A stretch of 64,000 nucleotides of DNA, from the NCBI GenBank assembly GCA_950097015.1, contig CATNEN010000011.1:124001-188000 (forward strand), read 5' to 3'. Shown one piece after another: positions 22,704-35,814 of this stretch. The stretch is from Macrostomum hystrix. Taxonomy: Eukaryota; Animalia; Platyhelminthes. A program made the position numbers and the translations under genes. The notes under the pieces are model-generated. The model had not been told where the DNA came from, made no database searches, and was given only the letters and a program-made list of their open reading frames with translations. The stretch's first letter is position 1, and the number at the start of each line of letters is the position of its first letter.

Positions 22704-22922
22704 TTTTGCGGTTACTTTTTGCGAGAGTTGTCATGTCATCTTCGGTCAAAATATTCATTGATAGCAAAGACGCCAGCAAATCATCTGACATCAACGAATC
22801 AAAGCTGATTGGAGATGAATCTGGCCTGTTCTGTTTGTGATAGTACTCCGAAAGGAAGCAGAATAGCATGTGCTCTCTACCACCATCAGGAAGTTTCACA
22901 AGGCCGTTGTTGCAACTAACAC
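22704..22922 (-). CDS. Tandem-CARD gene, exon 3 (...DDLLASLLSMNILTEDDMTTL...)
   Basis: CTTGCAG acceptor, GTAAGT donor, 219 nt, phase 1-1, no stops. Confidence 0.8.
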
Positions 22923-23174
22923 CTGCAAGTAAAAAGATAAACCTTCAAAAAACTTTGGGGCCGAAACGTTCAATAAACGAGTTTATGCACTAACATTTCG
23001 CATGTTAAAAATAAACACACTTCCGTATTTTATTAAATTTCTTATCTTCAAAATCGGCGCGTCTTTTAAGACCTTACAATCGCAATCAAAAAGTTCCCAG
23101 GAAGTACACATATTTACTAGATTAGATATTGTTGTATCAAAGTATTTGTTTCAAAGCGCGCAAAAAGAGTTTGT

Positions 23175-23453
23175 TTACATAAACCAATGTGACGCACAGC
23201 ACAAACAATAGGGGTAAACCAATAAAACAGGAAAAGTTACAAACGCATTTCGAACTGTCGACGAATGTTGTAAGCATGTTGTAAGTTTGACCCCAAACGT
23301 GTCAGCAATCTCGCGGATTGGAGCTCCTCTCTCAATCTCCTCCACCACTTCGCATTGCTCAAATTTTTGTGGGCCATAGGAATTGGAGCACTGAAATCTT
23401 TGAGCCACAGAATCGCGTTTCGAGAATGTCTTTTGGGCTTGTTTTGCTAACAT
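23175..23453 (-). pseudogene. pogo/Tigger-like transposase fragment (N-terminal HTH) in intron 2 of the CARD gene
   Basis: KFEQCEVVEEIERGAPIREIADTFGVKLTT resembles the CENP-B/HTH_psq helix-turn-helix. Confidence 0.55.
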
Positions 23454-24274
23454 TTCAGCTCGTGAATACCATAGACTAACGCATTTTATGACTTTCGAAA
23501 CTATAAAAAATTAAAATTGAAATTAAGAGCCTGCGACTCTGGTAGCGAAGGGCATGTCAGCTTCGTTGAAAATATGTTCGTCTATGGCATTCACGAGCCA
23601 ATAGGAAGGAACGGGGTGACAAGGATGCTAAAAGTGAAAATTGGGCAAATCAATAATAGCTGGGTCAGAATTGTACTCTATTCTATTCTTTCCTTCATGC
23701 ACAATGTTTCTTAAACTGTCAGCACTAGGCCTAGCGAGATAGGAACTTTACAAAAACGTTGATAAATTTTTTGGAGGCAGATCTAATAGCTATTTCGCGA
23801 ATAACTCAATTCAACTGTCACTTTCTAATTATTTAAAAGTGCATTACGAAAAGTTTTATGTAGAATATTTTCATTAACTAATCAGTAGGTAAAGCTACAG
23901 GCTAATTTTATGTCTGATTGGTTGCTATTGTGACAGGCCATCTTCATTTTGGGCACAGATACAGAAAGAGGGCTTAAGTGCAATTGTGCAAGCTGTCCAT
24001 AGGGTTCAACCCCAAGGCTTAGATATAAAGCATTGCGAATGCATGGTGATAAAAAGCCAATGCAGATGAACATTTGTGTATTTTTGTGCATGAAAAATTG
24101 ATCAGGGGTCAGCAAGAACTGCCTCCTTGTTAGCCATCAGTCACATATCACATGGCTGATAAGCAAATGTGATGATGTATGTGAAATATATGTCATAAAT
24201 CAGCAAATGATGTGAAAGTACAAAAAATATATTTTTCTTTATTCTTTGTTGAAAGATACATGAAAAAGACTTAC

Positions 24275-24427
24275 TTATTTGTAGAGCTTGGTAAAACCTT
24301 TTAAACTTGTTTGGCTTCTTAGAGCTATATAAAGCTTCTAGAAGCATGGTAGAAATCCCAACAAGTTGGTCATCTGATTGACTTTCCAAAACTAGCCCTT
24401 GCATAAATTTCAATTCCTGGAGAATAC
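24275..24427 (-). CDS. Tandem-CARD gene, exon 2 (ILQELKF...LLEALYSSKKPNKFKRFYQALQI)
   Basis: TTTGTAG acceptor, GTAAGT donor, 153 nt, phase 1-1, no stops. Confidence 0.8.
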
Positions 24428-25807
24428 CTACAAAGTTTTAGGGTTTAAATGAAAAATTTTCATGACAACAAACAGTCAGAACAACAAATGTCGAAAGTAG
24501 CATTGGCTAAAGTAAATAAATAAATATTTTTGCTAATATACTTAGTAGACTTCTACTGGGTTGACAGTCATTTCATCTGCCCCCTTTTTGTTTGCCAATA
24601 TACAATATAATTGTTTCGGCTGCCAATATATTATATAGTCCATTCATATACTAATGTAGGCATTTGTTGGAATAACTAATTATATCACCAAGCTTCATAC
24701 TGAAATGTAATGCAAACATCTTATATTTTTTAATTTTAATGCTAGGGTTTTTCTGAAAGTTCTAGGGCTAATAAGAAGCCTATAAATACACAAAGCCAGA
24801 ACCAACATTTCTATTTCTAAATATTGCCAATTGTCACATTTGACATTGGTTAAACTGAAGGGCATGCTGCCTAGCTGTAACAACAGCATGGCAAATAACA
24901 CAATCATCCATGAAAGCTAAAGCTAAAGCCATGAAGACAAAAATATTCTTCTTAAGACAGTTTCAAAATTGTCAAAATATGATAAGATTCTATGAATAAT
25001 ATGCTTTTTAACAAAAAAAATTATATTTTTCTATCACTAAGAACATTTATCATCATAAATTCTCTTTCTGTAATAAAAAATGTTTTATACTAGAATACTA
25101 TGTCTTTACAGTTCTCATTATTAAAAAAAATAGTCATTTCATCTGCCGGCAGACAAAGTGACCCCACATTTCCTACTGCTCATTTCAAATTTTGAATTTT
25201 AAGCAATTTGCTTGTATAACTACTAGCTAAAAATTGTGCAAAAATTATAATTTTTAGTAGAGTAAGACACAAAGAGAGTGAGATCATATCCCCATGAAAT
25301 AAAGATATGGAGAAAATGTGTTAAAAGTGCCTCTTTTAGGACAACTAATAATATGGGCCTAAAGGGAGTTATTCTAATTCAGTAGAGTTTATAGACAGAA
25401 TAAGTAGACAATACAGCAGAATGAGAAAAAGTGATAAGTCTTGTTACATGCAAATAAAAATAACTAAAGTTTAGTAGAAAGGAAAATGGAGGCAAAGAAA
25501 AAGTTCTAGAAAAGCAACCATTTTTAACAGTTTGAGCTATGATCAAAATCAACTTACAATATTAGGAATTTAGTCAGTTAGCCACTATTTTTTAAAAGTA
25601 AAAATGTTACAAAAATGCATATATAATTTGCAACTATAAATATTGAGACAACTAACTAGGGGCCTAAGAAGTAAGAATAATATAAGCAAGTGAGGGACAA
25701 AAAGGCATCTCATGGTCATCAGGACAGTAGGACAGGAGAGGGACAATGTCACAATTCAATCATGTAAATAAAGCTTTTAAAATCATTTTGATTTTAATAC
25801 CGCCTAC

Positions 25808-25925
25808 CTGCTTCGAAACATTCGTCGATATGATGACTAGGAATGTTAAGAACAATGTGCAACTTTTGTTCTAATTTAGCACTAGAAACTTCGATAAGAA
25901 GTTGGTAATAAACTTCTTGTTCCAT
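25808..25925 (-). CDS. Tandem-CARD gene, exon 1 (MEQEVYYQ...ECFEA)
   Basis: ATG at 25925, 118 nt, donor GTAGGC, phase 1 compatible with exon 2. Confidence 0.7.
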
Positions 25926-26809
25926 GCTAGACATTGCGCGTTGTTTGCGTGTTGCGGTCAGTTTAGGAGCAATGCCTATGTATTAAAATAGATTCAGTTT
26001 TCGCTTCTAAAATTTCCAAGAAATTAGTCACAAGTGAAGTCAAAATGAGAGTGAAATCTAAACAATAAATGTACGTTGAGTTCGCTAGTGTACAATAATA
26101 AAAAGAATTCATAATAACTCTGCGTTAAAAAAATAATTATTTACTGCTCTTTGTAGTCGTCATTTTAACACAGTTAACTTTTAACATATTTGATGTGCAA
26201 CAGAAGTAATGACTAAATTTTGTTATAATGTTAAGTATTACGGATACAGATACGCAAAAATGGTGTACATATTGGTAATTTTGTGTTGCGTGTAAACGCT
26301 CGTGTTTCTTGTGTTGACAAACTAATTTTGCAAGTCTTTGTTCTGCTCTTTAAGAACTTTTACTATTTTTCCTCGAATTTTACAGACATTAGCATGGAGT
26401 GCAGTCTAAATGCGCTTTATTACGCGTGCTTCGACTGCTTCGCAAAAACGACACAACGTATAATTTTTTAAGTTAAAATTCTTTTCGCTTCTTTTCAAAC
26501 CCCTCGACGATGAACTTCACACGTTCATCTGACATATCTATTCTCATAAATTCCTAACGATTTTTGGGATCGAGATTAGTCGACTTCCGATAATGGTATT
26601 TGGTGAACAATCTGTCTTCCGCAGCGTAACATAGAAATACCTTATCCACTTAGCTAGCTCCTCCACCTCGGCAAATGCGAAGTCCAGCTTCAAATTATTC
26701 GCGGCTAGGCATGCTGTTAGACGTGATAATATCGCTCTTGAACCTTTCAGTAATGACTTTGTCTATGGTCAAAGGACAATTCTATTCCTGTGTGATATTT
26801 TGACTTAGG

Positions 26810-29800
26810 CAAGGACTTCTATATAATAGCATCTGGACTGGAAGCGAAGAAATACCCATTACCTCATGAGGCCAGTTTTTCCCCTGCTTTCTATGGAATC
26901 TGTCAAATTGGGAAATGCAAGATCGGAAATTCAAATGTCGGAAATCCAGAGATGTAATGTTAACTGGCTAGTTCCTTTCTTCAGATTATTAATTTATGTT
27001 TACGAGTACCTTGAAGCAGCAACGCAAATTCAAATGGATTAACGCATATGCAGGTGTGCTTCAAACAATCGGTAACAAACAAAACACGTAGGCAATGGTA
27101 ACGTAGAACTTGAAGAAGAGTGTTCACAGATTCGTATTGGCATCAAATAAAAGTTACTTGTCTGTTCTGGCACTGGAAAGTTTGGCCGACTTTCGCTTAC
27201 TTCGAGCCCCAGCTCCACTAACCGAAACGTCCTTGACTAGATTTTTCATCATGCAGTTGAAAAATGCACAGACGATTCCTTCTTTCACATCATGGCCATC
27301 CGTGCACATCGTCTGACCCATGAAATGTTCCAGATAGTTGCTGTCATCCATCATCTCATCGACAATGTGACAGAACAGCTGCATCTGGTTGGGAGCATGC
27401 AGCAGCCATCTGCGCAGTTCATTGCTCTGCCGGATCTCCTCGAACACCTGCCAGCAGTGTCTGGCCAGCCCAAAAGCGATATCAGACGGCTTGGACAGGC
27501 CACCCCGGTTGATCTCCTCCAAGAAGACGATGGCCGTGGCCTGAATCCCGCCATCAGTCTCAAGAGGCGGCAGATCGTCAGAGCCAAGCAGAAGTTCGCG
27601 GCAAGATGCGCACCCGCGCTTTCTTTGCACGAATTTCTTAGCGACTGCTCCACTTATATAGTAGATGATGGTGCAGTCAGAGCTCAATGGCTGGATATTC
27701 ATCTCCATCTTGCTTGCAAACTCTCGCGCCAGTTCCTTCACGCACTGATCCTTGGCGCAGATTGACTCAATGGCATTGTCAATATCGGCCAGTGACAGCT
27801 GAGAAAACTTCAGCAGACTGATCGCAGCAATTTTGCGACTGTTTTCAGTTAGCTGCCTTGCAGAAATGAAGTAGTTGGCTCCGGACATCTGACGGAGCCA
27901 GCCGAATCGGCGTTCAATGCTGTCGGACTGGAGTGAGCCAAGAAGTACATAGGAGAATCCTTCGTGATCCAGCAGATGTCTCGCACAGGCAGCGATGGAT
28001 CGGCAGGTAATCCGGCATGCCAAAAAAGTCTCTTTTGACAAGCCATAGTCTCCAGAGGACTGCCACAACTGCAAATTGTTTGTGCATGAATAATTTAACT
28101 TATCCATGCCACTGGTAACAATAATTAAAGATAATAGTTAATTTAAGACTTACCTTTAGAAAACAACTGAACTCATCAAGAAATTGCAGCTTCCAGTCAA
28201 GCGACGAGCGCACTGGATCCTGCGCAATGTCACGCTTTCGAAGTCCCTTTGATGGTGTCTTGACGTTGAGAACTTTCCAGAGCTTCAGAATCAAACTGAA
28301 AAATCTTGCGGTGCCACTCCAGTTCTTATTCTCATGTGCAGTGTAGTATTTGAGTGCATCTCGAGTTGAATCACAGAATACTGCCACTGCCAGCTTCACT
28401 GACGACTTCTCTCGATATTTTTAGGGTTCAGCACAGCAGGGCTGAGCTTGTGAGCAAGTCTCACCGGCTTGTTGGCTTCAGCATTGAACAGCTCACCGAT
28501 GTGACAAAAGTGAGCGTCGCAGGCTTCTATCAAAACTGGTGGGAATGCTGGGCAGCGAAATGATTTCCGTGTCTGGAAGTTGTTGTATATGTTCTTGAGG
28601 TTGTGCACGGGATCGATCACAATGAAGATAGGCTGCCCTGTGACCTTGTCAGTAATTGACTCCTCCAAGTCTCCATCGCACAGAAAATCGGCGACGAACT
28701 TTCTGTTAACTGGTGCATTATCAACGGATATTGCAATGACGGAGAACTGCAGGCTACGCAGCAAATCCATGACATCCTGGAACCAGTGACTGAGCTTCTG
28801 TGCTGTCAGCTTTGCCACAGGAAACATGGACACCATGTCCTTGTACTTGCCTGCAATTGACTTTATCAAGAAGCAACAGTAGGTTGAAGCAACCACTCCA
28901 TCATTGTCCAATCCACTCACATGGCCTCCACAGTACTCAATTCGATTGGCCGCATAGATCTCATCAATGATCAGCACCACAACTCGCTCCATCTGTGTCA
29001 GCTTGGACGCTCGCAGCCGAAGGTAACTCTGAGAATCCAATCCATCCTTTCCAATTCTCCTAGTGACTGATCGCAGAGTTCGCTCTGATGGCAGGCAGAG
29101 AATCTCTTGCTCACGTAGAAGCCCGTAAGCTGCAGCACTTACTGAATAAATCATGTAGCACAAGACCATCAGCTGTTGAGAGTATCTCCTCGATGTCTTT
29201 GGCTCACAGCTCAACTGCAGCTGCTCTCGAATAAAAGTCACCGACCTGTCTTCCTTTTGCTCTAGAGCACTTGTCAGATTGTTGTGGGCCATGTCTATGA
29301 AGTGATCGAAATGCTTCTTAACAACAGCATCAGGCAACATCTGCTGCTCAGCGCGTTCAAGACCTTCTTTCAAGTTCTTGACTCGAGCCATCAAATTCAC
29401 AACTTCACTGATGGAAGAAACTTTTCCATCCGTGCCAACCAATTTTACCACCTGGTCTTGTAACAGTGCTGTGCCATTCAGACCAACGGAGACTTTGTGA
29501 TTCGGTCCAATGCAGATGGAGCACGCAACCTGGCAGACATGCTTTACCTCCAGCATGAAGATGCATAGGAACTCGTTGCAAATTGCAGTTTGAAAGCCAT
29601 CTGGTCTCGTTTCCTCTGATTCGAGCAATTCTTGAATTTCTCGGGGCGAGCAACTGAGAATTGAATCTTTGGCAAAGAAGTCGGCGATTTGATCATTGAG
29701 ACGCATGTTTTCAGCCTCCAGACGCGCAGATGATGTCGCAGAGCATGTGCTCCGATCTGCTTGCCGGACAGAAGAAAGGTATGCAGGTGCATTAAGAAAG

Positions 29801-30532
29801 ATAGTTGGCACTGCATCTTGCCTCAGATAACGATTGGTCAGCTGGCCTTTCTTCTCTCTGCGAGTGATATTGCTATCTCGAGTTGTTTCGACGAAGTCCT
29901 CAGTGGTGAAATGAAGCGAGCAGATACGAGAATACTTCGTGGGCTGAAACGCCTTCCTCGGATTTGCTTTATTCCATTTTTTCAATAGACTCGGGTTGTT
30001 GAGTGGATAGCAATGAAATGTCACAGTACCTGGCGTTGAACTATTAGCGAAGCCGCTCTTGCAACTGAATGCGGAACACTTGTTCACCATAGTGAAGGAT
30101 ATGCTTTTATGGCGCAGAAATCCTTGGCAAAGAAAACTGAGGAAACTGCGTTGAGTATGAAATGAAACAAATAGGAAATCTGATCCAATTCAAATTAGTG
30201 CCACTACGTGGCCATAAGTCGTGGCAGTTCTGGAACAAGTGTCTATGGTGAACAGCTGGGGACCGATGGAATGCCAATTTGAAACGCCATTGAAATCAAT
30301 TGGAAATGCTTCTCCGAAAAAAGTAGACTCCATTTCTCTCCACAACATAGGATTTCCACCAAATTCAATGTGCATGCCTGGAATGTAGGCGCCTTGAGAT
30401 GTGTGCCGGCTTAAGTAGATATGTTTCTCTGGAGAGCCGCTGTGCTCGGCTAAACATTGGCCTCATGTGGTAAAATAATTGTGAAATTTATTTCTCGTTT
30501 CCAGTCCAGATGCTATTATATAGAAGTCCTTG
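26810..30532 (-). mobile_element. P-superfamily (THAP) DNA transposon, 3723 bp
   Basis: Perfect 34-bp TIR CAAGGACTTCTATATAATAGCATCTGGACTGGAA and 7-bp TSD ACTTAGG (26803-26809 and 30533-30539). Confidence 0.93.
27154..30090 (-). pseudogene. THAP-domain P-element transposase; intron 28153-28069; frameshift near 28410
   Basis: THAP C2CH (CSAFSC...W...ICSLHF), LIIDE, VDNAPVN, DPVHNLKN and QSDSIERRFG motifs. An extra AG at IE(R)/KSSVKLA breaks the frame. Confidence 0.85.
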
Positions 30533-30743
30533 ACTTAGGTCTCTCTTTGCGTTGAGATTCCTAAATGAGGTCGGGTGTCCTACTCTTTGCGAGAGATTCT
30601 ATTGCCGTAACTTGAAAATAACGAAGACAAGACGATTTTAAAGTCCAAGCTAAACAGCTGATATTAAAGTGTTAATTCGTTAATAAGAGAAGGCTATGAG
30701 TGATTAATTCCCCTGGCAGCGCTCTTTCCGTCCCCTGCCATAC

Positions 30744-31742
30744 TGTACTTAACTCAATATTCAATTCACAACTCGCACTGGTAATTTACTTAACAAAATC
30801 TCGATAACCTCAACACAAGAACAGCAACGCGACTCTATTCGATAATGCTCTGAACAATAACAAGAACTCACGAAAATAACACGACAATTAACACAAATAA
30901 CTCCTAAACAAAAAACAGATAGTCCCTATAACAAAACAAGACATATTACGAGGCCCAATAACACGAAACCTAACCTAAAGTCCCTAGTCTGAAACCCAGG
31001 AGACCAGCAAGCACTTCCGCACTATGGCACAACGATAGTTCTATCGTGCCACACCTAATGTCAATTCGACGGCGTCCCACCGATGATTGTCGGCGATATG
31101 GAGAGTACTTCCGTGCTTGCCAATCCCTGTCTTACACTCAGCCAGCAGTTGGCCAGATGTGCCGAGCTCAGCGCAAGCTACTTACTGACGTGGGATTGAG
31201 TGTGGGGTTTTCTTCGACTAGCTGGTTGGACCGGTTTGCCTGTCCTGGTATCTATTACTAGGATGCGTAACAACGCGGAAAAGAACGATTGGAACGAAAC
31301 GAAACGATAGGAACAAAACGACAACGCAATAGTCCGTTATATAGTCCGCCCCAGCCCCCATCAAAGCCTGGGTGCCGGCCGCGCCGCTTGTTCCACTGCC
31401 AGGTCGACCCTGCCAGTTAACGAACTGGCCGCTGATTGGCCCGGCACGGGGTGTCGCGCTTAAGTAGGGTCGCATTAGATTGGCTAGCCGCCTTCCTATT
31501 GGCTGGGCCCACCAGACCGGGGGTTAGTCGGATGCCTTAGCTGTAGAGCAGGGTGACCGGCCGGTTGCGTGCGTAGGCCTGGCTGGGCACTCTGGGCAAT
31601 CTACTCACTTGCTATGGAATGCAGTACCAGACAAATTGCTAGTACTGCCCCGGCTAGGGCCTAAAGCCTGAAAGCAAGCTGGAGGTAACAAGGACTAATG
31701 CCGAGGCTGACAAACTACGAGCGTATATCCGCCTATACTAAC
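30744..31742 (-). promoter_or_regulatory. LTR-like segment with CCAAT boxes and a TATA box (possible solo LTR of another family)
   Basis: TG...CA ends are possible; on the minus strand several CCAAT boxes (about 31430-31500) precede TATATAA (about 31336). No TSD found. Confidence 0.35.
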
Positions 31743-31759
31743 AAGGTGGGATGCTGAGG

Positions 31760-32060
31760 ACACTGCAGCTGCTCCAAATACTTCGTAGCAGGCACCTGAT
31801 GTGGCAGCTAGATGCATCAACAAGTATGGAGCGGTGCGACTGCGATTTCACCCCAACCCTAGTCAACAAAGAAAACTGTGATTCCATGAATGCCAGATTT
31901 GCCTGCCTGTGCCTTGGATAGTGGTGAAGAGAACAATTAATGCACAATTTGCGAGCCGAAAGAGCAAAGAACAGTGTGGCAAAAATTAACAAAATTGCAT
32001 TCTTTGTGACTGAAGCGTGGCAATTTGCTGGCATGCAATTGTTTGTAACATTTTTATACA
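31760..32060 (+). pseudogene. Decayed piggyBac-like transposase C-terminus
   Basis: Fragments HPNPSQQRK..CQIC..RKSKEQC..CILCD..ICWHAIVC resemble the cysteine-rich C-terminal domain; several stops and frameshifts. Confidence 0.4.
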
Positions 32061-32482
32061 TGGCATATATATGTATAAATTAATGTGAACTTGTCATATG
32101 AACTTCTAGCTCGATGCCCGAGTCATATGAACTTGTAGCCTTTTGAATGTAATTTTGTTATGTAATTGTCTCATAAACTTTGCTATGTAAACTTGCTATA
32201 ATTGCATTTTTTAATTGTACTAATAATTTGTTCTTGTTTTGCATAAAAACATGAGAACATACTACATTAATTACTACAATAATACAATATACATTGATGT
32301 CAGAATTAAAATGAATAGTGTGCTCATATATATCAAGTTTCTTGCTATCAAAAGACTATTTTACAAAATTTGCAAACTTCGATTTTTTGGCTATTTTTGC
32401 TGCTCATGGCTGGTCCTAAGAGTAGTGTGAGAGAAAATTAACTGTGACCAATCTAGTTATATACTCCTATTATCAGTGGTAG

Positions 32483-32872
32483 TGTAGAGGTGTTTAATAA
32501 ATGAGGCGTAAAGGCGGTGGTTATTTTGGTTTTTTTGATGATTATCAATGAGAGCGTGAGCTCTAAGGGTTGAAGAAAATGACGTCGATGGTGGCTCTAT
32601 AGATGAAAACATGCATTTCCGGAAAATTCTAGAAGGTTGCAAGAGTTATAACAAAGCTAGTGCAATACAGTTTAAGTAACTTTAATATTGTAGCGCGTGA
32701 TGATGTTATTTACATGGATGATATTTGATTATAGCTATTATGTGTTTTACAAATCATTTGTTCATAGAGTGGAAGTTTCTAGAAAAATATTGAAAATTCA
32801 ATTTGTAGTTTTACGGCGAATTTTCTGGAATGGCAAGTACGGTACGATGGAAGGTCATGCTGAGACGCTACA
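32483..32872 (-). repeat. 3' LTR
   Basis: Direct repeat of 36668-37057; GGGGGACTGT PPT-like tract adjacent on the minus strand. Confidence 0.96.
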
Positions 32873-35791
32873 ACAGTCCCCCTGCCGGGGACGGAGTCCT
32901 GAGGGGTAGAACGGCAGGGTGGGAAGCATGCGCTGAAAATGCTGAACAGGAGAAGTAGACTTTTTACACGATGAATGCATGTGGAAGTTATAGTACAGAT
33001 GGGCACGGTGTATTACGCAGAGAAAGTCAGAAGTACAGATAGTCATTTTTGGCATTGAAGCGTACTGTCGTCCACTCCTAGTTCGGGTTGTTGTCGTCGC
33101 CTCCTTGTTGATAATGTCGCCGTCTGGAGTTTCAAGTGGAATTGTTGCCGGGGTCGCTTCCGTGCTGTCCTGTTTTTCTGGTGTGGAGGCGGCCTTGGGC
33201 TCCGGGGTTTTCTGGGTGTCTATGTCGGGCGGTCGCTGTGTCGGAGGCTGCCTTATGGTCGACCTGCAGGGCTTGAGCCTGTCGATGGAGATGGCTTCTT
33301 CGTGACCAGGGCGCGACTCGACGATGAAGAACTTGGAAGTGCGCCTGATCACTCGGTAGGGTCCAGAATACGGCGCTTCCAGAGGCTTACGAACCCTGTC
33401 GACGCGGACCCAAACATTGTCTGTCGACCATAGCTCCTGAGGTACATGTGGCATGGCGGACGGTGGCCTCGGCTGCTGCTCCAAGAATTGATCCAAGTGG
33501 AGCTGGATGGAGTTCGGATCCTTGTCGCGTATGATGATACGTGGGAGCATCGGATTCTCGCCAGTGAGCCTGGTGAACGGGCTGATTCCTGCGTCATCGG
33601 GTGCCACGTGCATAGCTAGGAGTACCAGAGGAAGATTGTCAAGCCAGGATGGTCCGCGCGCCTTGAGCATCGTCTTGAGGGTCCTGTGAGCGCGTTCGAT
33701 CTTCCCGTTGCACTGTGGGTGGTACGCTGTGGTGCGCAGTCGGTGGAAACCCACGGAAGACGAGAGGATCTGGAAGAGTTCGGACTCGAACTGCGGACCT
33801 CTATCGGTGATGACGTACAGGGGCACTCCGAAGCGAGAAATCCAGGTGGAGATGAAGGCTGCTCCCACACTCTGTGCTGTGACGGTCTCTAGCGGTGTGG
33901 CCTCTAGCCAGCCGGTGTTGCGGTCGATTATAGTGAGAAGGTACCGGGGTGTTAGACCGCACTGGATGTCGTGCTTCCTTTCGGGGACTGGCAGAGGTCC
34001 TACAATGTCGATGTGGACCGTCTCGAACCTGCTGGATGGTAGGTTGAAGGCAGCGCTGCCGGCCGTCGTGTGGCGGTCTACCTTGGTGCGCTGACAAACC
34101 TCGCATGTCCTGCAGAAAGCTTTGATCTCCGAGCGCATGCCGGGCCAGTAGTAGCGACTGATGAGGAGATTGGCCGTCTTGCGGAATCCGTAGTGACCGA
34201 GGTCATGGAAATGCTTCAGCAGGGATTCGCGCATGGAAGTGGGTACGACCGGGCGGGGATAACCCGTGGAGGTCTCACAGAGAATGCGACGGTCGTCTCC
34301 AAGCGGATAGAAACGGCATTGGTCTGCTTCGGATAGGTTGTCCGCTGCTTGTTGATCAGCGATTGCTGACATGTCGTTTGGTGCTGCGTCCTGTATGATG
34401 GCAGCGACTGGCGTTGGCTCCTCGAGTCGGGAAAGCGCATCGGCGACAATGTTGTCTGCGCCGCGGATGTACTGGACGTCGGTGACGTATTCAGACAGGA
34501 TGCTCATGTAGCGCAGGTTGCGGTCGGAGTTGCCATAGGAGCTGTGCTGGAAGGCCTGCTCGAGAGGCTTGTGGTCCGTGAAGACCGTGACGTGCCTGCC
34601 TTCGATCAGGTTCCGGAAGTGAAGCACGGCAAGGTAGGCAGCTAGGAGCTCGCGGTCGAAAGCTGAGTAGGCTCGCTGAGCTGCAGAAAGCTTCTTGCTG
34701 AACATACCAATCAGGGTGGTCGTCTCTCCGACCGACTGATGCAGGGCAGCTCCGACGCTGGTGGCAGAAGCATCTGTGACGAGCTGGTAGGCCGAGCAGC
34801 TTGGATCGGGATGACACAGAAGGAGTCGCTCGGCCAACTTCTGCTTGAGGTCATCGAATGCGGCTTGATGGTTGTTGCTCCATTGGTAGGCTCGGGGAGA
34901 CCGTAGTGATGCGGTGAGCAGATCCTGCAATGGGGCGGCAGTTGATGCGAAGCCGGAGATGAAGCGTCTGTAGAAACCGATCACGCCGAGAAAACGTCGC
35001 AGGGCGGCAGCATCGCGAGGCACCGGCCAGTTCTTGATGGTCTCGACCCTTGATTCTAGGGGTCGGATTCCGTCCGCAGAGACGTGATGGCCGAGGAAGG
35101 TGACCTCGCTCTTCATGAAGACGCACTTGCTTAGCTGTACTTTCAGTCCGTGATGTGCGAGACGTTTCAGCACAGCTTCCAGATGGTGAAGATGCTCCTC
35201 CTCGGACTTGGAGTAAACGAGCAGATCGTCCAGATAGGCAATGACGCCAGGCTGGCCACGCAGGACTGAGTCGATGAAGCGCTGGAAGGTCTGCGCGGCG
35301 TTGCGGAGTCCGAAGGGAATCCTGGTCCACTCGAAGATGCCAAACGGTGTTATGATGGCAGTCTTGGCGATGTCCTCCTCTGCGATAGGGATCTGATGGT
35401 AGGCGCGGACCAGGTCGAGCTTGCTGAATACGGTCGCACCATGGAGATAGCGGGTGAAACTCTGGATGTGTGGGACCGGGTAGCTGTCGGGTTTGGTAGC
35501 GCTGTTCAGCGCTCGGTAGTCGCCGCACGGTCGCCACTTGCCGGAGGGCTTGCCATCTGTCTTCTTAGGAACCATGTGTAGTGGCGAAGCCCATGAACTC
35601 TTTGAAGGTCGGATGTAACCGGCGTCGATTAGTTGCTGGAACTCGTCGCGAGCGATGCTGAGTTTCTCTGGATGAAGCTGACGAGCCCTTGCATGCACGG
35701 GCTGATGACCGCCGGTGTCGATCCGATGGACAGTGTCATGTTTGACGACGAGACAAGTTTTGCGCGCCGCTGCATCTGTGGCACTGCTCAC
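32855..35791 (-). CDS. pol: Pol (RT-RNaseH-integrase); no recognisable protease
   Basis: [35 protein letters not shown], integrase HHCC and DDE core, GPY. No D[ST]G motif between the Gag end and RT. Confidence 0.92.
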   Translation of the reverse strand: MSSATDAAARKTCLVVKHDTVHRIDTGGHQPVHARARQLHPEKLSIARDEFQQLIDAGYIRPSKSSWASPLHMVPKKTDGKPSGKWRPCGDYRALNSATKPDSYPVPHIQSFTRYLHGATVFSKLDLVRAYHQIPIAEEDIAKTAIITPFGIFEWTRIPFGLRNAAQTFQRFIDSVLRGQPGVIAYLDDLLVYSKSEEEHLHHLEAVLKRLAHHGLKVQLSKCVFMKSEVTFLGHHVSADGIRPLESRVETIKNWPVPRDAAALRRFLGVIGFYRRFISGFASTAAPLQDLLTASLRSPRAYQWSNNHQAAFDDLKQKLAERLLLCHPDPSCSAYQLVTDASATSVGAALHQSVGETTTLIGMFSKKLSAAQRAYSAFDRELLAAYLAVLHFRNLIEGRHVTVFTDHKPLEQAFQHSSYGNSDRNLRYMSILSEYVTDVQYIRGADNIVADALSRLEEPTPVAAIIQDAAPNDMSAIADQQAADNLSEADQCRFYPLGDDRRILCETSTGYPRPVVPTSMRESLLKHFHDLGHYGFRKTANLLISRYYWPGMRSEIKAFCRTCEVCQRTKVDRHTTAGSAAFNLPSSRFETVHIDIVGPLPVPERKHDIQCGLTPRYLLTIIDRNTGWLEATPLETVTAQSVGAAFISTWISRFGVPLYVITDRGPQFESELFQILSSSVGFHRLRTTAYHPQCNGKIERAHRTLKTMLKARGPSWLDNLPLVLLAMHVAPDDAGISPFTRLTGENPMLPRIIIRDKDPNSIQLHLDQFLEQQPRPPSAMPHVPQELWSTDNVWVRVDRVRKPLEAPYSGPYRVIRRTSKFFIVESRPGHEEAISIDRLKPCRSTIRQPPTQRPPDIDTQKTPEPKAASTPEKQDSTEATPATIPLETPDGDIINKEATTTTRTRSGRQYASMPKMTICTSDFLCVIHRAHLYYNFHMHSSCKKSTSPVQHFQRMLPTLPFYPSGLRPRQGDCCSVSA

Positions 35792-35814
35792 TGCGGCGTC
35801 ATGGGAAGTGCCTG

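Noticed and set aside
24541-24640. Small ORF MDYIIYWQPKQLYCIL... as the first CARD exon
   Set aside because: It ends in a stop before the donor; the exon at 25925-25808 fits the phase and sequence better.
26480-26800. Degenerate minus-strand ORF flanking the P element
   Set aside because: Multiple stops and no family I can name.
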